From contig PDIP01000005.1 of assembly GCA_002811645.1 (NCBI GenBank), forward strand, positions 321,165 to 385,164: a DNA stretch of 64,000 nucleotides, read 5' to 3'. This DNA comes from Corallochytrium limacisporum Hawaii. Its lineage: Eukaryota > Protista > Pluriformea. Positions 59,781-64,000 of this stretch are shown here, piece after piece. The notes beneath the pieces were generated by a model that had not been told where the DNA came from, ran no database searches, and was given only the letters and a program-made list of their open reading frames with translations. The position numbers and the translations under genes are program-made. Positions within the stretch are counted from its first letter, which is position 1. Every line of letters begins with the position of its first letter.

Positions 59781-62700
59781 TGTGTTTGTCTGTAGTAAAT
59801 GCGGTTTTGTCCCAGGAGCTTTCTGGTTCCGAGGTTAAGATTACTATTGGAATGACGAGAACGATACGATTGCGTGTCGTCCCACATATCAGTTCTTATT
59901 GTTTTTCTACCAGAGTGCAGTTTGAATTGATAGTTGCATCGACCAATGTGATACGGAGCCAATTGCACAGGCTAGTGAAGGAGCCCTGAAGCCACCTTGC
60001 ACGACGCCCACTGCCACCAACCCGGACTTTTGACCCGCCTCTTTACGCTTAAGGGCACCCATGATTGGGGTGACAGAAGTCCAAATCTCATCCATGCGGG
60101 TTATTCGACACTTCTGGTCTCCCATTTAATAGGCCCCCATTTAATTATTTAATTATTTTATTAGGGCTCGGTTATATTTGAACAAGTGGCTGGCACCAAA
60201 AAATGTGTTTCCCCGGGCTTCTTCCCTCCCCAACGGCGGGCCAACTCAGTGGAAAGGCGCAAGTTTGGTGGCAGTGTTTTTCGCAGTTTATTCACTATCG
60301 ATGCCATACGTCACATCTCATCATTTACCAAAACAAATGAAAGGAGAAAATCCAAAGTGGACGTTTGGGAAAATCGTCGATCTTTCATTTCCGAAATTTC
60401 CGCATCGTCCCGATTTGTTCACAGGAACAAAACATAGAGACTTTCTTTTCTCAGCCAAGAACGATATCCAGGAATCCTCTGTTGCAATACAGCTGCAATA
60501 AATTTGTGATGAAAACAAACTTGGCGCAAGCGCTTTCATTCCTTCTTCCATTATTGCCCCTCCCGATGCGCCATTGTCAGATGTCCATATATTTATTAGC
60601 CACAGCCACAGCCATATTTAGATTTGCTCTTTCCGCCCGGTGAGAAGCTGACCGTGCATGCGGCAATTGACTAGGCCCAAAAAGACGCTTCCGTCTTGGT
60701 GTGTCTAGGTACCCCCTTCCACATACTAAAAGAATGACATTCAATGGCGTAGACAGCCGCTCATCCGGAGAGGGAGCGGCTGCCCACCCGTCGTCACTGG
60801 GATGTTCACGTCTCTCCCCAACGAGCTAGAGACATGCTCAGTACTGAAAGCACTGATAGTGTGTTATTCCTGACATGTCATCGGATTAGCGGAGTGAAAA
60901 AATAATTCTAACTCTATTCGCACTTGTCTGAGACAGACAAGATAAGCAACTTGCCGGCTTCTGATAAAATACTATCCAAATTTTCAATATTGAAAATATG
61001 GACAAGCGCCGGGGTTGTCCGATATTGACAATTCCGTTGGTTTCTGGAAGTAGGCCAGAATCTCCTCCACCTCAGTCCTTCCCTGCACCCGACGGAAAAT
61101 AGACTCCTCATTTTATCTACTTCATCCATAATAAATGAACTGCAATCTATTTATCCTGACCTCAGCAAAAATCGAAAATGTAAACACAGAACAGACGTTG
61201 AGAAAATCATGGAGCCGCAGTACTGCGACAAGCGGCAAAAAGAAAGATCATGAGACGGCCCTCGAGTAACTATTTATATGAGCGGCACTCCCCACAACTT
61301 CAATTTGTAGCGAGCGGAAGAGGTCAGGAGCACCCGACCGAAACCCGGGCGGGACCAAAGCGTGCTCTGCTGTGCGTGTGGTACACAGCCCAGCCAGCCC
61401 AATGCCGCCCAGGCTGGGCCCTGCTGGCTCACGGCAACCGTATCTCTCCTCCTCCTCCTCCTCCCCCCAGAAAAAACATTTTGCAATCCGCAGAAAAACT
61501 GTACGCAGGAGCCTCTCAGCTGCAAGGGCATAGGCTCAGGAATATGGCGCACACACGCCCGCGGGGAAGCTATATTTGGGGGTGCACTTCCGTGGTCTCT
61601 GTGACGGAAGTTTGTTTCTTTTTGAAAATTTTTTTGCGCGCGCCGCGCGGGAGAGGGGGGACCAAGGCAAGGGAGTATTGCCGGAGAGAGGACGGCCGGA
61701 ATCCTTGCGCTTTTCACAAGGGCAAAATTGGGTGAACCATCGAAGGAACGAGTGGGCGCGCTGGCGATGGGAGACGGCGGATGGTGGTGATGGGCCAAAA
61801 AGGTCAAACGGAATCCGTTAACCTTGAAGTTGAAGATGTTGCGGGCAATACGCGGAGAATGTAACCAGCTCTCAATATATTTTCTATGAAGAAGTGACAA
61901 AGTAGATGATTTAAAATGTTCGGCTTTTCTCGGTCTCGCTCACGGTCTTCCGACCTCCTCTCAAGAGCCTGCGGGATTTTTTGTTTTCTGCCTTTGTTTC
62001 GGTCCGCTCTGCTGACTGACCAGTCTCTTTTTCCTGCGAACGAATTTCCGACGCTGGGCAGTAGCCAATGATACGGTATATTTTCTATAAAATTCTCGTG
62101 ACCGCAAAAAGTCTAACTGACCAATGGTGAGAAAAGGGACTCCCGTATTCCGGGAAATCCACGGGAGTCCGGTTCGTTCCTCGGCATGGTTTCACGGGCC
62201 CCGCTGCCTCGACACTTTCGCTTAAAATCCTTCTCGCTTGTCTCTCTCATCCGGCCGTTGCTGTGAATCACTACTTTCTGTAGTGCGCTTTCGGGTTCTT
62301 GTATCTACCATTCCTTTGTGGTCACACAACCCCAAAGGGGCCATTCGTTCTCAATTTCATCCTTAGTCTGGGTATATAACAAACAATTATAACGGGTGTC
62401 GATGACGCAAAAACTTGAAAGGCGAACAGATTGGAAACAAATGAAACAGAGGGCGTGGTTTTGTGTCGTGCAAGCGCGGTACTCGGGGCGTGCGCGTTTG
62501 CGTCTGCCCGTACTCGCTCTGTTTCCTTCGCTTTTTGGCGGGGAAGGAACGATGCGAAACACAGAGCGAGAGAGCGAGAAAACAGAGAGAGAGCGAGACA
62601 GGGGCAGTAGGGCACCGAGCGGTTTCTACGGCACCCTTGGGTCACCGTGCTTTTGCCTGGGCCCGACATTTGTACACTGGCGTGTCCATGGTGAAATTAA

Positions 62701-64000
62701 GCCCATATAAGTTATATAATAAACTGGTTAAATAGAAACCTATTTTCCGGCGTGATGTGGGCATTTCCCTGAAAGAACGAAGCACAGCCTCTGGATCACG
62801 TATGCACCGCCCCCTTCCCCTAATGTCAATGTCCAACCAACGGCAGTCCGGGCCCAGACCCCAGGTACTTCGTAATCCTTGGGTTGCTGCTCCATTGTGT
62901 CATATATTTACTATTAAATGTAGGAAAAGGCAAGTCTCCCTCCCTCCCTGTGCCCGTTTTCCTCCTTGTGTGGTCGTGGTATCAGTTGCCCTGCTGTCGT
63001 CTTCCTGTTCCTGTGCGGTGCGATCGATGACCGCCTTTAAAAATGAAAAGGGGACGGGACCCACAAAAGCTTGGGGGGTAAACTGGACCAGACGACAGAA
63101 CAATCCATACAATAGCTATAGGATACGCTTACCGCGAAAGAGAAAAGAAGGGGAGGCTCGTACGGGCGGCCGAGCCGTGACGCGTTGCCCGCCATTGGCT
63201 GCACACAGCTTGTATTGCCCACCCCTTAGGTAACGGTTGGGTGATTGAACCTGTCTGGGGGGAGGGAGGGGGCGGGGGCAGGGGGGTCAGTCCAAGGAGA
63301 AATTAAGTGACACACACCCATGACACATACAAACGATGAAAATACAAGGGAAACTCAGACATCAGCGTCAGTGGTTGTGATCGGAGCGGGTGCTCGCCTT
63401 GCGAATGGGTGAGTGAGTGAGTGTGTGTGTGTGTGCATGGGGCAGAGAGGAAATACGGCAGAAATTGAAACGCAAGTCCGAGACGGGTTTTCCGTGAAAA
63501 AGATCCAAGGGAAATGGCGAAAAATCTGGGAATTTGCGGAACAAAAATAACGGGCCCCTCATACCCCCCATCCCCCTTCTGCCATCCCTTCCTTCCTTGT
63601 TCTTTTGTTTTTTTACATTCTTCTTCATGTCCTTAACGAGGAGGAGAAGAGGAGGGGGGGGAGGGGGACGGTTCAGGAAAGTTAAAAATTAAAGCTAAAA
63701 ATAAAGAAAAAAAAACAGAAGCAAAGAGAACTGCGGATGGGGTGCAGGAGAACCCTTCCCGGGGAAAAAGAAAATGAGCAGAATGACTGCTGGACATTCA
63801 CTATGGGCCGGGCAAAGTTTGTATTGGAATTTTGATACATGGCAGTGGCGGGTTCTGGAGAAAATTAATAGCGCATAGTTGGGACTTGTAGGAGGCAATA
63901 CAATTACCGAGTACGGTGGTACCACCCTCTGTCTGAGAATATTGTATCAAATCTACTCATTTTGATTTAGCTCTGCCGTCGCTTGGGAGAGCGGGAAAAT

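Noticed and set aside
1-64000. CRISPR arrays, rRNA, snRNA, autonomous transposons
   Set aside because: No repeat-spacer pattern, conserved RNA signature, or transposase/RT ORF was recognised by eye.

Overview
Gene-dense, almost intron-free eukaryotic nuclear DNA with about 24 protein genes, one well-supported coding intron, and one assembly gap (55228-55445). It combines animal-type signalling genes (SHP/PTPN11-like SH2-SH2-PTP, FERM-PTP, PDZ-SH3-GuK MAGUK, p22phox, CEBPZOS-like) with genes absent or rare in animals (MKT1, NodB-type deacetylase, bacterial-type acyl-CoA dehydrogenase). This points to a unicellular holozoan; an intron-poor lineage such as Corallochytrium is my inference and is unverified. 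Other genes: PRDX5, MFS transporter, RsfS/MALSU1, APC7-like TPR protein, RasGAP, SET1, atypical P450, transmembrane PDI, taspase-1, V-ATPase D, BPNT1, membrane class-3 lipase, SLC25A33/36, LLPH. The most notable observations are: a ~25 kb phosphotyrosine/redox signalling neighbourhood; an SHP whose autoinhibitory interface looks eroded; a deacetylase with a tyrosine-motif cytoplasmic tail; a P450 lacking the I-helix Thr and membrane anchor; a frame-broken WAPL-like gene; and nine tightly convergent gene pairs. All family calls come from motif recognition by eye; no searches were run.
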